NCBI GenBank assembly: GCA_021432655.1
Contig: MU271360.1
Span: 1-64,000 of the forward strand
Reading direction: 5' to 3'
Source of the DNA: Atractiella rhizophila
Taxonomy: Eukaryota
DNA: 64,000 nt
Below are positions 12,186-24,116 of this stretch, one piece after another. Every line of letters starts with the position of its first letter. Position 1 is the stretch's first letter. A program made the translations under genes and the position numbers. The notes under the pieces are model-generated. The model had not been told where the DNA came from. It saw only the letters and a program-made list of their open reading frames with translations, and made no database searches.

Positions 12186-13838
12186 ATGAACGTCAACTAT
12201 CATCCCTTTGGCAGGCTGCCTGTGTGGACGGGAGGTGTTTCGAGGTACATCGAGGGCGAGGATTCCCTTCGCTGGTTGAAGTTAGTTCAAGTTATTTCCT
12301 CAGTGGAAGAGATTCGACCTCATTCATCTCGCTAGATCCTACTCTTACCGATCCAAAGACCTGAGCCCAATATCTCACTATGTTCTTCGGTGAGCAAAGG
12401 TCTGACGCTACCCTGGCATGCTGATGAATGTTACAGACATTGGTGGAACTTCGTGGCCTCCCTGCTTCCTGATTACCTCCATCCGAACATGGTCACTTTA
12501 CTTGGATTCGGATGCATCATGATCAACTTCCTTACTCTACTCATTTTCAGCCACGATTTAGCTGCTGCCGCTCCCAGTTGGGTGTACACAAGGTGGGTCA
12601 GTGTATTGCTCGAAGATACAGATTGAGAGAACATCCGACCTAGCTTCGCGATTGGACTTTTCTGCTATCAGGTTCGCTATTGTTTTCCTCAGAAAATCGT
12701 ATTAAAGATGGAATCAACGTAGACCATGGACAGTATGTCCTCCAGTCGTTCAATTTCCCCAACTCATCCACCACACAGATGTCGACGGCAAGCAAGCGCG
12801 ACGTCTTTCTCTTTCTTCACCGCTCGGTGAACTATTCGACCATTCGATTGACACCCTTAACTGTGGATTTGGTGCCTTGATCATCTGCGCTACCCTGGCT
12901 ACGGGTCACTCTGGCGCATCTGTTTTCCTCCTCCTCATCGGTTGTTGGCCCATGTGCCTCAGCACTTGGGAAGAGTATCACACTGGCATCCTCTTCTTGG
13001 GATTCATCAATGGACCCACCGAAGGTCTCCTCATCGCAATGGCCACCCAGCTCGTCTCTGCAATCCATGGTCCAGAATTTTGGCGTCAGACTGCGTGGGA
13101 CACCCTTGGACAACTTCCTTGGACGAATGCTGCAACTTCGATGCTGGATGTTTACCTCGCCTTCGTACTCCTTTGTTTCGTAGGTTTCCATGCTCCTGCT
13201 TGGTGCGCTATTTCTCGTTCCCTAACCGTTGGGTTTAATCTGTCACAAAAGTTTCATGAACGTGTATCGTTCAATCCCTCCGAACGACTCTCGTCGTCGA
13301 GTGGTCATGCTCAGTGTATTCGAGCTCACGCCAATGGTACTCCTAACCGCGCTCTTCTCTGCGTGGTGCTTCGGCAAGTATAGCATCATAATGCAGGATA
13401 AATGGCTTGTTCCGATGGCACTGATTTTGAGTGCGCCATTTCTTTCTTCTGCGTTTCAAAGTTGACTGCTATCCGAAGCGTTTTCATTCGGCAAGATCAA
13501 TTCGAAAGTCATCCTCGCTCAGTTAACGCGAGGCGGTTTCCCTTACTCTCTCAACGTCCTGCTGCCGTTCCTCATCGGAGCCACCCTCGCAAACTATCCT
13601 TCTCTTGGCTTGTAAGGTTCCTCTCTCTTCCAGTCTGCTGCAAGCTGAGAAAGTCGACAAACTTAGGCCTGCACTCCCACACTCGGTCGAGAAGTGGTAC
13701 ATCTGCTACCTTCTCTTCAGCGCATTCGCTTCCTATTCTGTGCAGGCGTGGAGGACCATCGATGCGTTCTGCAAGACCCTCAATATCAACGCTCTCACCG
13801 TGAAATCTGGGAGTGGACGAAGGGTGCTGACGCGTTGA
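12186..13838 (+). CDS. Choline/ethanolamine phosphotransferase (CDP-alcohol phosphatidyltransferase, CPT1/EPT1 family), multi-exon
   Basis: SYSYRSKDLSPISHYVLRHWWN, HPNMVTLLGF, DGKQARR, SSPLGELFDHSIDTLNC (CDP-alcohol phosphotransferase signature), STWEEYHTGILFLGFINGPTEG; several TM segments. Confidence 0.93.
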
Positions 13839-14227
13839 AGGACGGTGAGACTCATCAGAGCTCTGTTTTGATATATGGCGTCTATTCCTGAAATGGAATG
13901 TAACATAACGCTCTGTTCCCTTATTCTCATTCGCACCTTCGTCACATCCACATTTGCTTGACGCACTAACCTAATCGTGTCCACAAAAGCCTAGCATTCT
14001 TATATCTCTCACTAACAGTAACAGAGGAGACAATGGCTCTGAAACAAAACAGCACGTGATCTCCACAAGGTGTTTTGTCGCGATCGAAGCGACGAAGTCA
14101 ATTGAGTTATAAGGCATCTCGTCAGGAGAGCAGTTCGACGGCGCAAGAATAGCTCAGTTGAGGCTACAAGTAGCTGGAACCAAAGTGTGTTGTTGTTGTG
14201 TAAAGATAAAGAAAGGCAAAAGTGAGG

Positions 14228-15966
14228 ATGGAAGCAGAGTACGGTGGGCTCAGTCTTCCCGGTTACCTGAAAGGTATGTATCCTCTTCGTTATTATGACA
14301 TATTGGGTTGACGAGTGGCGTATCTGACGCGTGTTTTGCTTGCTCCAAAGCCCACAAATCCCTCCAGCTCCTCATTCCCTACCCACTTCTCGTAGCTTTG
14401 TTCCAACCTCCGTTTTTCTCTTCTGCATCAGCAAAAGGAAAGGGGAGAGCGGAAAATTCAGGTCGTAAACTCGAAGATCTCCTTATACCAATGGAGCACA
14501 TGGCGTTATGGCACGACTGGGCACTTGAGGAGCTTGTCGACAACTTGTCGATCCCTGCCCGCACTGCTTCTCAGTATCGACGCGCAGGCCTCATCGTTCG
14601 ACTTTCACTTCGCCGACATCTCGTTCTCCTGGCACTGAGAGAAGAGGGAGTGGAAGCTGCACGGGAGATGAGCAGAAAATGGTTAGAGGAGGGTACGTGG
14701 GGAGGGCTGGGGAAAAAGGGGAGGAGGTATGTGAGTGATGTGGAGGAAGGAATGAGACGGCTGTTTGATTGGATTGACCGGACGGAGGGATTGGCTGCAA
14801 TGAGGAGATTGGAGGAGGAGGAGGAAGAGGAGACAGAGTTGGAGATGATGCTGAATGGATGGGTGGAGCTAGTGAACAGGGACATGGCATCAGTTCAACG
14901 ACATCACGCAGCCACTCTCCATCCTGAGCAGCTCAAGAGCGAAGAAGAAGACTTGAAATTTGAGGAGGAGGCAGCTTTGTCTCCTCCGCCTCCGATCGAC
15001 GATGGCCCAAACCAAGACGACGACGAAGGATTGACAGGAGAACTGAGGCGTTCTTTGCCACCTCCATCGTCCCCTCCTTTGGCTCTTCCTCTACAACACC
15101 AGAAACCATCACAACCCAAGTCCTCACCTGTCCCACCATCTGATTCTCCTATCCCTCCCACGAACGCTTCATCAAGGTCTATATCTCCGCCTCTTGACAT
15201 CCTAGCAGGGGTGTCGCTGTCTTCCCCTCTCTTACCCCACTCGCCTCTCCCTCCTTCATCTCCTCCCCTTCAACCGCAACCTCCCCACAATCAAACGCCG
15301 CCCGTCTCCCAATCCCCACATCCACCTCCACCACCGAAACTACAACAGCGGAAGAAGAGGACGAAGGCAGCGTCGCTCGTCATAGATGGCAAACAGTTCG
15401 CCATACTCGGCTCTGTACCCTCCTTTCTCCATCCACCGCTACCCAACGAATTCCCAATCACAAAGCCAAAACAACCCACTCGTTTTTCTCTTCCTGCTTC
15501 CGATACCCCAGAGCGGTTTTCAGACTTAGCCACTCGAATCGCTTCTCCCAAACAGAGGGAAGGGATGGATCACGAGAGAGGAAAGGGGCGGATAAGCGAA
15601 GAAGAGCTGAGGGAGCAATTGATCGAAGGGGCGGAGAGGGAGCGGAAGAGAGTGGTAGCTACGAGTCAGTTTGAGGGGCTGGGAGAGAGTCAAGCGCAAA
15701 GAATGGAGGTGGATGAAGAAGGGGATCAATTCTTCGATGCCTCAGAGGATGAATTGGATGCTGTTGACGCGACGGCTGTAGCAAACCTGAGCGATGTGGA
15801 GAGAGAGGCGAGCCAACCTTACGATGAGAGTGAGTTGCGGTATCTTAATGTGAGGGATTAACCTTTCCTTTTGAGCTGGCTGATGACACCCGTGTGGGAG
15901 CAGGATTTCATCGTGCAGGATGTGAGCGGAACACAGATGCGAATGCCAGACGGTAAGGAATTCTAG
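14228..15966 (+). CDS. Hypothetical protein (helical N-terminal half, Pro/Ser-rich and acidic disordered C-terminal half), 3 exons
   Basis: 517-codon open frame flanked by GT-AG introns: MEAEYGGLSLPGYLK/ upstream and /DFIVQDVSGTQMRMPDGKEF* downstream. No family recognised. Confidence 0.65.
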
Positions 15967-16089
15967 GTACAAGGGCATCGCACTACAGTAAAGCGACAGG
16001 AAGTGTTGTTGTATTAATGAGGTGCACGGAATTGCATAATTTACAAAACCTTGGACTCTACTTGGGCCATGCTGAATAGCATGAAACGT

Positions 16090-18221
16090 TCACCATCCCT
16101 CAAAGTTCCCAAACCCTTTTGTCTTCTTCTTCTTTCTCTCATCGCCTCTTCCATCAGCATTCCCAACATCCCCCAAACCACTGAGTCCGCTTAGGAGCCC
16201 TTGCTCCTCAAGCTTCCTCTTCTTGACCACTTTCTCCCCTGCCTCCTTCTCCTCTTCAGGCTTCAACTTGACTCCGAACCAATTAACATCTGCTCCCTCC
16301 CCATCCCCCTTCTTCCCACTCTTCTCCGCCTCCAAATAGCCCCTCTTCCTCTCCCTCCTCCCCTTCCACTCCGCAAACGCGTCCTTAAACACCTCCACCT
16401 CAACTAACCTTATATCTCTTAGCGGCTTCTCACCATCACAACGCGCTTTCTCCATCCTATCTAGCGTCTCTTCTCCCCCAACCAGCTTGCCGAAGACTGT
16501 GTGCTTGGAATCGAGGTGAGGTGTCGCTTTGAAAGTGAGGAAGAATTGGCTGCCATTCGTGTTCGGGCCGGAGTTGGCCATGGATACCACACCCCGCGCG
16601 TCGTGTTTATAGGACGAACGTTGTATTTCGTCTGCGAATCGTGTGCCCCAGATACTCTGCCCACCGCGTCCTGTACCCGTTGGATCCCCTCCTTGGATCT
16701 GGATCACACAGTCAGACGTCAGTTCTGTATTCAGGAAGATTAATTATGAGCGGCATAATCCAAAGCAGGTCGTCGCGAGGAGAATGCAGGTGCAGAAGAG
16801 AAAAGACGACGCGAAAAGAGATTAGGGAAGCGAGAACGAAGAGGATACTAACCATGAAACCGGGTATAAGCCTATGGAAGATCGTATTGTCATACTTTCC
16901 CTCTTCTGCCAGTCGCATGAAGTTATAACATGTGCGCGGTGCGCGATCCGAATGCAGCTGGAGAATAACGATCAGATCTCATTACGCACTGAACACAGAG
17001 CAGATGGACAAAGAATGAACTCACCTCTAAATTGAGAGGACCCAAAGATGTGACGAGTCGTAGGTAAGACTTATCCTTTATCTGAGGAAACATAATCTCT
17101 TCCTAGTTCATGCATACGCATAAGCATTTCTCAGATCCAAACGCTGGCGAAAGTGAGAAAGACGCACCTCTTCTAAATCCTCTCCCTCATTCTTGGTGAC
17201 CACACTCGCCGCTGTGCTCGTCAAACTACTAGATACCAATCCCTTCGAGAAAGCAGACTGAGCCTTCTTCTCTTCTTTTTCTTTTACCTCCGGCTGTTGT
17301 TCTTGCGCTTTAACAGGTTGCTTGCCCTTGTCCTTCGCCTTTGAAGATTGCGCTGTGGAGGCATCGGAAGCTGTCGTCTTGCCTGTCGCGCGAGCGACCG
17401 CCTTTGCGAGACCAGGGTTCGTGAGATTTATGGTGCCTTCTTCTTCGGCAGAGGACACTTTTAGGGCATTTTTGAGGTGGTGGAAGTTGGACAGGTCGCG
17501 GGTTTTGGTATCGTTTGGGTCCTGTACCCATCAATTCATATGGTATTTAGGCGAGGAGACTGGCGTATAGCGAACCTGGATTGTGACGATATCACTCTTG
17601 GAAATCTCTTCGTCAGTGATCAAATCCCTCCACCACCCCGCTTTGATATTCAATCTCTCGACCGTATCCTTCGAATACACATTCCCGCTCTTGAGCACGG
17701 CGACGATGGCGGAGTGATGTGTGAAGACCTTGAACGTCAGAGGGTCTATGTATTCCCCCTCTTCGTTCGTCGTGAAATTGAGAGGGAAGAGGTCGGACGA
17801 GGTGAGGGGTGAGCCTGTGACGGGGGAGATGTTGCCATACTGCCTATCACATCTTTATTCAGCTATCTTTCTATCAAGACACAATGAGGATACAAACCTC
17901 AAGAAAGGTATAATGTTGGCTGCACACCAGCATTAGCTACTTCAAACGAAGGAAAGGAGTACTCTCACAAACGTCGTAAACAATCCCCTCCCTCTCACAC
18001 ACTGGATTCTCAAACGGCTTCAGTGAGAGCGCACAATGGTCGAAAGGCAGTCGAGCGAAGGAAGCTGGCCGTTGGGACGAGGACGATGAGGCATGGCCTG
18101 CTGAAGTGGCGGAATGGCCTCCAGCTGAGTGTTCAGAGTAGGTCACGTAGAGTTTGTCGGTTTTTTTCTGACCCTCTTTTCAGTTAGCGCTTCAATGAAC
18201 GCTGGATGGACTTACACCCAT
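16090..18221 (-). CDS. PPIL2: U-box/RING-type cyclophilin PPIL2/Cyp60 (peptidyl-prolyl cis-trans isomerase-like 2)
   Basis: [15 protein letters not shown] start; [24 protein letters not shown]; cyclophilin core [57 protein letters not shown]; ends FGNFEGW*. Confidence 0.95.
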
Positions 18222-18351
18222 ACTTGCCTTCGAGTAGTGTTGGAAGAATCCTTTATGTGGCGTTATGGGGCACGTGATCTGCCAGTCAAGAAGAATGGTT
18301 GGAGAGAAGAATAAAGATAGGATTATGCACTGAAAAAACGTAGAAACATAT

Positions 18352-21300
18352 TCACTCTTCCACTTTCACCCGCTTCTTATCGCTTTCCTCACTCAGGCCG
18401 CTCTCCTCGCTTGCTTTCCTCTTCCTTGGCTTCTCCTCTTCTTTCATCTCCTCCTTCGCCTCTTTCTTAATGTACAACTCATCCTCCTCAATATCTTCTT
18501 CCGACTTAATATCTTCCTTGATATCTTCCTTAATATCGTCCACGAAGTCCTCCTCCTTCGCACTCCTCGCCAGATAGTCATCCACAGCCTTCCTCCGCTC
18601 CCTCTCTCTCACCTCCCAATCACAAGTCGCATGATCTATCCGACCCTCCTCCGTAAACACAGCATTGAACCACACCCATTCCCCGCTCTCCTCCCTAAAC
18701 TCCTTCTTGAATCCCTCCATACAAACACTACACGGTCTCCCCTCCCTCTTCGGATCGGTTGGCGCGACAACATACATCTTCCTCCTCCGTCCCTCCTCCG
18801 CCTCCCTCTCTCTACGTTCAATCGCACCCGGCGATTCAGCACGCACACCGCTCCCACTGCCAGATGGACCGGCGTCGCCCACCATCCAGGCTGCCTCGTC
18901 AAGGAGGACGGAACGGTTCTGAGCGCGGGAGATGCCCTCGCGGACCTGCTTGTTGAGACGATAATGAAAGTCGAGGTGGTCGTCAAGGTCGCGCCGTCCC
19001 TTCTTTCCTTCCAGATACCTTCTCCCACACTGTTTGCACTGCACGCCAAACCTATCGTATAACAACCTCCAGGCACCCTCCCGTCCCTTCTGGATGTCGG
19101 AGTGGGAGAGGGTCATGTTGAGAGCGAGGACGTCGGCTTCGTACGCCTTGTTCTCTTTCTCCTCTTCCGCCTGTGCGTTCAAATCTTGTAACAGCTTCGA
19201 TAGGTCCGCCACCTTCTCTTGTCCACCCAGTAAGCGACTGAGCAAGTCCTCGCCACTGCCTGTTCCAGCTGTAGAGGAGACAGCGGCAGAGAGCGGAGCG
19301 GTGGTGCTTGCGCCAGGGAGCAAGCTGCCGAGTGAGGAGAGGTCGATTCCAGCCCACGATCCCATGCCTCCAGCAGGTTGCGAAGTTTGAGCCACCGGAG
19401 CCGGTGGTGGGACAGCCTGTTGCGGCGGCGGTTGGGAGACTGCCTGTAGGAGGGTCGAGAGGTCGATGCCGGCGAGAGAGTTCATGAGGTTCTGATCGAT
19501 GAGCGGGAGGCCGTTCGGCGCCAATTGGTCGTATTGACTCTGTCCGTGCGATGGGGGTGGCTGGAAGGCGGGTGGTGCGGGCTGGTGGGCTTGATGTGAC
19601 GGGAGGGAGGAAGGTGGAGCAAGAACGGCGAGTTGCGATCGAATGTCATGCACTTGTTCGGATGTTAGCTGGGTTGACTGCACAAGGTTTTCGAGCTGTC
19701 ATACACATTCACATAAGAACAGGCTGCGCAATGTAGGCAGAAAGAAAAAGAGTACCTGCTGCAGTGCGGAAATTTGGTGCTCGTTCCCTTGTATCTCACT
19801 CTCATCCCTCAATAGCCCAGTCTGGCTGAGTCTCAAATCCAGCAGCCTCCTCACATCTGCGAGTACCGCCGTCCGTTCATCCAGACTCGCATTCGCAGGG
19901 ACACCCATAGCCTGTACCCAACAGGACTTCAGCCTTCCCCTTCTCCTTGAACCAAGCGGAGCAAACGTACGCCATTAGCATAAGCCTCACTGTCCTCCCT
20001 CGCACCTTCCGCCCATCCACCTCCCCTTCCATTCCTTCCCCACAGCTCCCTCTCGATTCCCTTCTGCACGCCGACCCTAAAGAGTTCACCTCCATTCGTC
20101 CCTCCCGTCCTCCAAGTGCCCAAGAGTTCTTCGAGCTTCTGACGTGCCTGAGGTTGTTCGGCACTGACGAGGTGATATGATTGGAGGAAGGAGCGTTCGA
20201 TGAAGCGGGAGAAGAGGGAGGGATAAGGATGACCAATGTTTTTGCTGATTGAGTCGATGAGGTACAGTAATGGCAGACGCAAATACGAAGGCGCCTTTAG
20301 TGTCCAAAATCCCATTCCACCATCGAACCGTGCATGAAGTCATGAAGGTAGGTGGTTCATGTTCAGATTTCCAGGTTTGATTTTTTCATAACCAGCGATT
20401 GAGTTTACGGGACGGTCAAGTCGAATATACGTGCACGAAGACAATAAAGTCAAAGAAAGAGACAAGAAAGTCCATCATCAGTTTCTTCCTTCGTTTTCAG
20501 ACTGGGCAGGGCAGACAGAGGCATACGACAGCTTGGCATGTTTAGGACTTCTCCGTCAACTTTCTTGACCTTAGATAATCAAGAAACCGCTATGTCCAAA
20601 ACTGGTAGAAGGGGCCATTCCCATCCTTCGCCACCATACAATTCAACGAGCTCACGTGGCAGCATCACTAGACGTGATGCAAAAGGATACAGACTACAGG
20701 CAGAACACAAGGCGTAGCCGAGGATCCAACGGGCTATGGTAGAGACAATGCATGTCGGGCTACCATTTCATGCAGTCTCAGGAGATTTGCCAGTCGAAAG
20801 ATGGCAAGAATCAGCAAGCCATTAACTTCGATCACGACTTAGTCTGTTTCCTTCCTTCACTGAGCATCTTTCGTGACCGCTTCATACGGCTTTGGTACAG
20901 AACTAAGCCAGTTCTAGCTCAAGCAATTTTCCCTTGAAAAACTCATCCAGGGAACCTTTCACCGTAGCCGGCACATCCCGAACCGATTTTTCATGGTATT
21001 CCCATTTTTTTCCACCTTCTGTCACAGGAATTCGAATTTATCTCACTCACCCTATTGAGCGCCTCCTCGATGCACTGAACAATCACATTGGCTCTCGTCC
21101 GAGCGTGTTCCTCCGCAATCATCGTCAAGCGATTGATGACGGGTTTCGAGTTCACAGTGAGATATGCGAGCTCGTTCCTGTAGAATTCGCGAAGCTGATT
21201 TGGGTCTGAAAGGTCTGGTTGAGGTGCCAATTGGGGTTGATGTGTTCCATAAGGGTCGGCTGGAGGTTGGTAGTGGGGATATGGGTTTGGATGTGAATAG

Positions 21301-21389
21301 GCATTTTGTGGTGGCTGCGTGTATCCGTATGGTGTTGCAGCTGGCGCTGGAGCACCATACTGTGGCCCGTAAGAATAATAGGAGCTCAT
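18352..21389 (-). CDS. PCF11: mRNA cleavage/polyadenylation and termination factor Pcf11 (CID domain plus two C-terminal zinc-binding regions)
   Basis: CID: YRNELAYLTVNSKPVINRLTMIAEE...IEEALNR/APSYLRLPLLYLIDSISKNIG.PY..LF...KLEELLGTWR. Zinc regions QCKQCGRRY...HLDFHYR and CSVCMEGF...WVWFNAV...HATC. Confidence 0.93.
20295..21050 (-). other. Unusually long (756 nt) first intron of PCF11
   Basis: Donor AGG/GTGAGT at 21050 and acceptor CTAAAG/GCGCCT at 20295. The phase-0 join restores the CID sequence ALNR-APSYLRLP. Confidence 0.85.
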
Positions 21390-21555
21390 GCTGGTCGTTT
21401 TCTTCCCTTGACGCCAGTTGTTGTTCTTTCCAATTAGGAAATGCCGACAAACTGGTACAGCCGAGCATTCCTGCCACATTGGCTCTTTGTTTTTCTTGGT
21501 CAAAGTCCCATCTGTCGTTTCCTCCTTTTTCAGACACTTTCAGGTAAGATCAAAT

Positions 21556-22474
21556 ATGAGGGATATCTGTGAGCCATCCTATACTGTATCTATCTATGAG
21601 AGGAAATTATTGATGTTTGGCATGGTGGAAAGACAAGGAGGAGGAACTGCCTATTCCTGAGGGTGTTACTGTCGCCATCAAGGCGAGGACCATCACGGTC
21701 GAGGGACCGCGAGGGAAGCTTACCAAGGTGCGCAATTTGCCTTGCTACCATTGGGACTGTAGGGTTGACACGCTTGCTGTCTGCGTTACAGGCTGTCAAG
21801 CACATCGACCTCGACCTGCGTCTAATCAAGACCGCCAAACAAACCCTTGTCCGACTCATCGGTCTGTCTCTAAATATACCTTCCATCCTCATAGCCGTGC
21901 GCTGAAGCATGTATGGATTTGCTCGGAAACAGTTTTCCATGGAGGTCGCAAACATGTCGCTTGTCTCCGAACCGTCCGCTCTCTGATCGAGAACATGGTC
22001 ATTGGAGTCACCAAGGGTTTCTCGTACAAGATGCGAGCCGTCTACGCCCATTTCCCCATCAACATCATCATCAGCGACCAGGCAAACTCGGTGGAGATCC
22101 GGAACTTTTTGGGTGAGAAGGTACGATCCCTCACCTTGCTGAGTTTGTGCAATGTTGATGAGCTACTGGTTACTAGCTCGTAAGGAACGTCAAGATGTAT
22201 GAGGGAGTGAAGGTATCGGAGAGCAAGGCGCAGAAGGACGAGATCATTATTGAGGGCAATGACATCGAAGCCGTCGGACAATCAGCCGCATCGATTCATG
22301 GTGCCTGCCTCGTCGTACGTTTTCTACCTCTTCTCTCCTATTTTCTACCTTTGTTTCATCCAACCATCTTCACGTGAATTGACTGCGTGTGATGGGGTGT
22401 AGAAAAACAAGGATATTCGAAAGTTCTTGGACGGTATCTACGTCTCGGAGAGGACCAACGTGATCACGGAGTGA
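21556..22474 (+). CDS. RPL9: 60S ribosomal protein L9 (uL6), 6 exons
   Basis: MRDI/..[103 protein letters not shown]. Confidence 0.98.
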
Positions 22475-23088
22475 TTTCGTTGCGTTGTAGAGGAGGAGAG
22501 ATGGAGGGGTTATGTTTTTCATGCAAAATTTCCATGCACGAGTTTATTCATGCCACTGTGAGCCTGCCGTTCCCTGTTGAGTTAATGACGTTGCGTGAGA
22601 ACCCTTGATTTCTGATTATCAAGTGCTTCTCCCGTCAGATCGCAATGACCGTTATACATCTTTGTTCTCATCAGGATGATGCTCTGCATGCCAGGCGCCA
22701 ACTCTTAGCTGTTGCGCACACGCGATCGAGGTCATCCAAATTACATTTAATGGCGTGTTTCAGGAGGCATGACCTTCAACAGGTTTATCCAAGCAATACC
22801 TTCCTCCCAATTTCGAGATATTTTCCTTTACAGTTTAGAGTCCATATATTTGTCAAGTCTTGAATCAGGCACAAAGGCAAAAGGCAATTTGTGTTGCCAG
22901 ATAACATGTGCACTCAGTATGGTCCACTGTGAATGTGATGGAAGATTGAAGATTCTTAAGTTGCACGAGTGGAATTTGTCGATTTATCAGCCATTTTGAT
23001 TTTATCTTATATACCTTTCGTGAGTTACAACCTGAAATGCTTGTGCGCATTTGATTTATTCCTTATTGCGACGCCATTGATAAGTGTG

Positions 23089-24116
23089 TCAAGCCTTGTC
23101 AATGCCCGGTTTTGCATGTCCGTAGCCAATGAGAAGCGCTTGGGCGGCTTTGTGTAGAGCAAACGGCTGGCTTTCCAGATATGCTCTCGTCAAACCTACA
23201 ATATTGTTGGTCTCTGCCTCCTTCCACTCTTCCAAGGAGATAGTTGCGTAAGGATGAGCAGTGAATCTGTGATAATGCTCTTCCTTTCCTCGTACATGAA
23301 AATCCAAAAGGACATCCTTAGCTACTGCTCCACAGTCGTCTACAATCTTCTTCATCAATTCGAGGAGTGAACGGTTCGGATCGTTAAGCGAAACAGGAGG
23401 TTGCTCTCCTGAGCCGAGAGACACCAAGCAACCGATCTCGGAATCTTGGCCCCAGATCCTCTTTGTTTCTGCGATTGCCTCTTTCGTGGGATTGTTGCAG
23501 TGGGATGACATTCCCCCGTCGACGTATACCGTGTTGTCAAATGTAATAGGGGGAAATAAAGCGGTCGCGGTAGTGGCTCTAGCTGCTTCCCAGATGGAAC
23601 GCGAGAATGCCGGTAGGAGGACAGGTTGGGTGACTTTGTAGCTACGCAAATTCGTCGAAACTGTGAGGTTAGCACCATAGGTACTGGTCACGAAAACGCG
23701 ACACCTAGGATCCAGCTGTGGATCCCTCATTGGAGTGTCTGGAGATTGGTCTGGGCCATATTGTTGTACTATCTGTTTCAAAGCATTTCAAACTTTCGTC
23801 AGAAACTTTGTCCGTCAATTTGCAGGTCCCTTTGTGTAGCCGTAGCAGGAAAGGTGAGACGAAAAAGTTGTTGATAGGCGTCAATTGCTTGACGAGTTGT
23901 AAGCCCAAGTCTTCCTAGAAGGAGAGCATTGATGCCGCCAATCGAAGTTCCACAAATCAAGTCGAACACTTCACAGGGTCGAAGAGTGACGTCCTCGTCA
24001 AGGTCAAGTTTCGCGTGAAGTTGAGCCATCAAGCTCTCAAGAATGTAAAGCTCTGATAGACCTCGTAGGCCCCCGCTATCGAGAGATAGGACATTGAGCG
24101 CCTTTGTGTTAACCAT
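23089..24116 (-). pseudogene. Intronless patatin-like phospholipase (iPLA2-gamma-like), interrupted by an in-frame stop and a frameshift
   Basis: LSLDSGGLRG (Gly-rich loop), FDLICGTSIGG (GxSxG), IWEAARATTA and YVDGG. Frame 1 stops at TGA 23799-23801 and the C-terminal half resumes in another frame at ~23781. There is no room for an intron. Confidence 0.75.

Noticed and set aside
20466..20475. GAAAGTCC resembling RNase P/MRP conserved region I
   Set aside because: No matching CR-V/P4 partner found by eye.
23799..23801. Stop codon corrected by A-to-I editing in the patatin gene
   Set aside because: A frameshift follows immediately, and such editing is known from filamentous ascomycete sexual stages.
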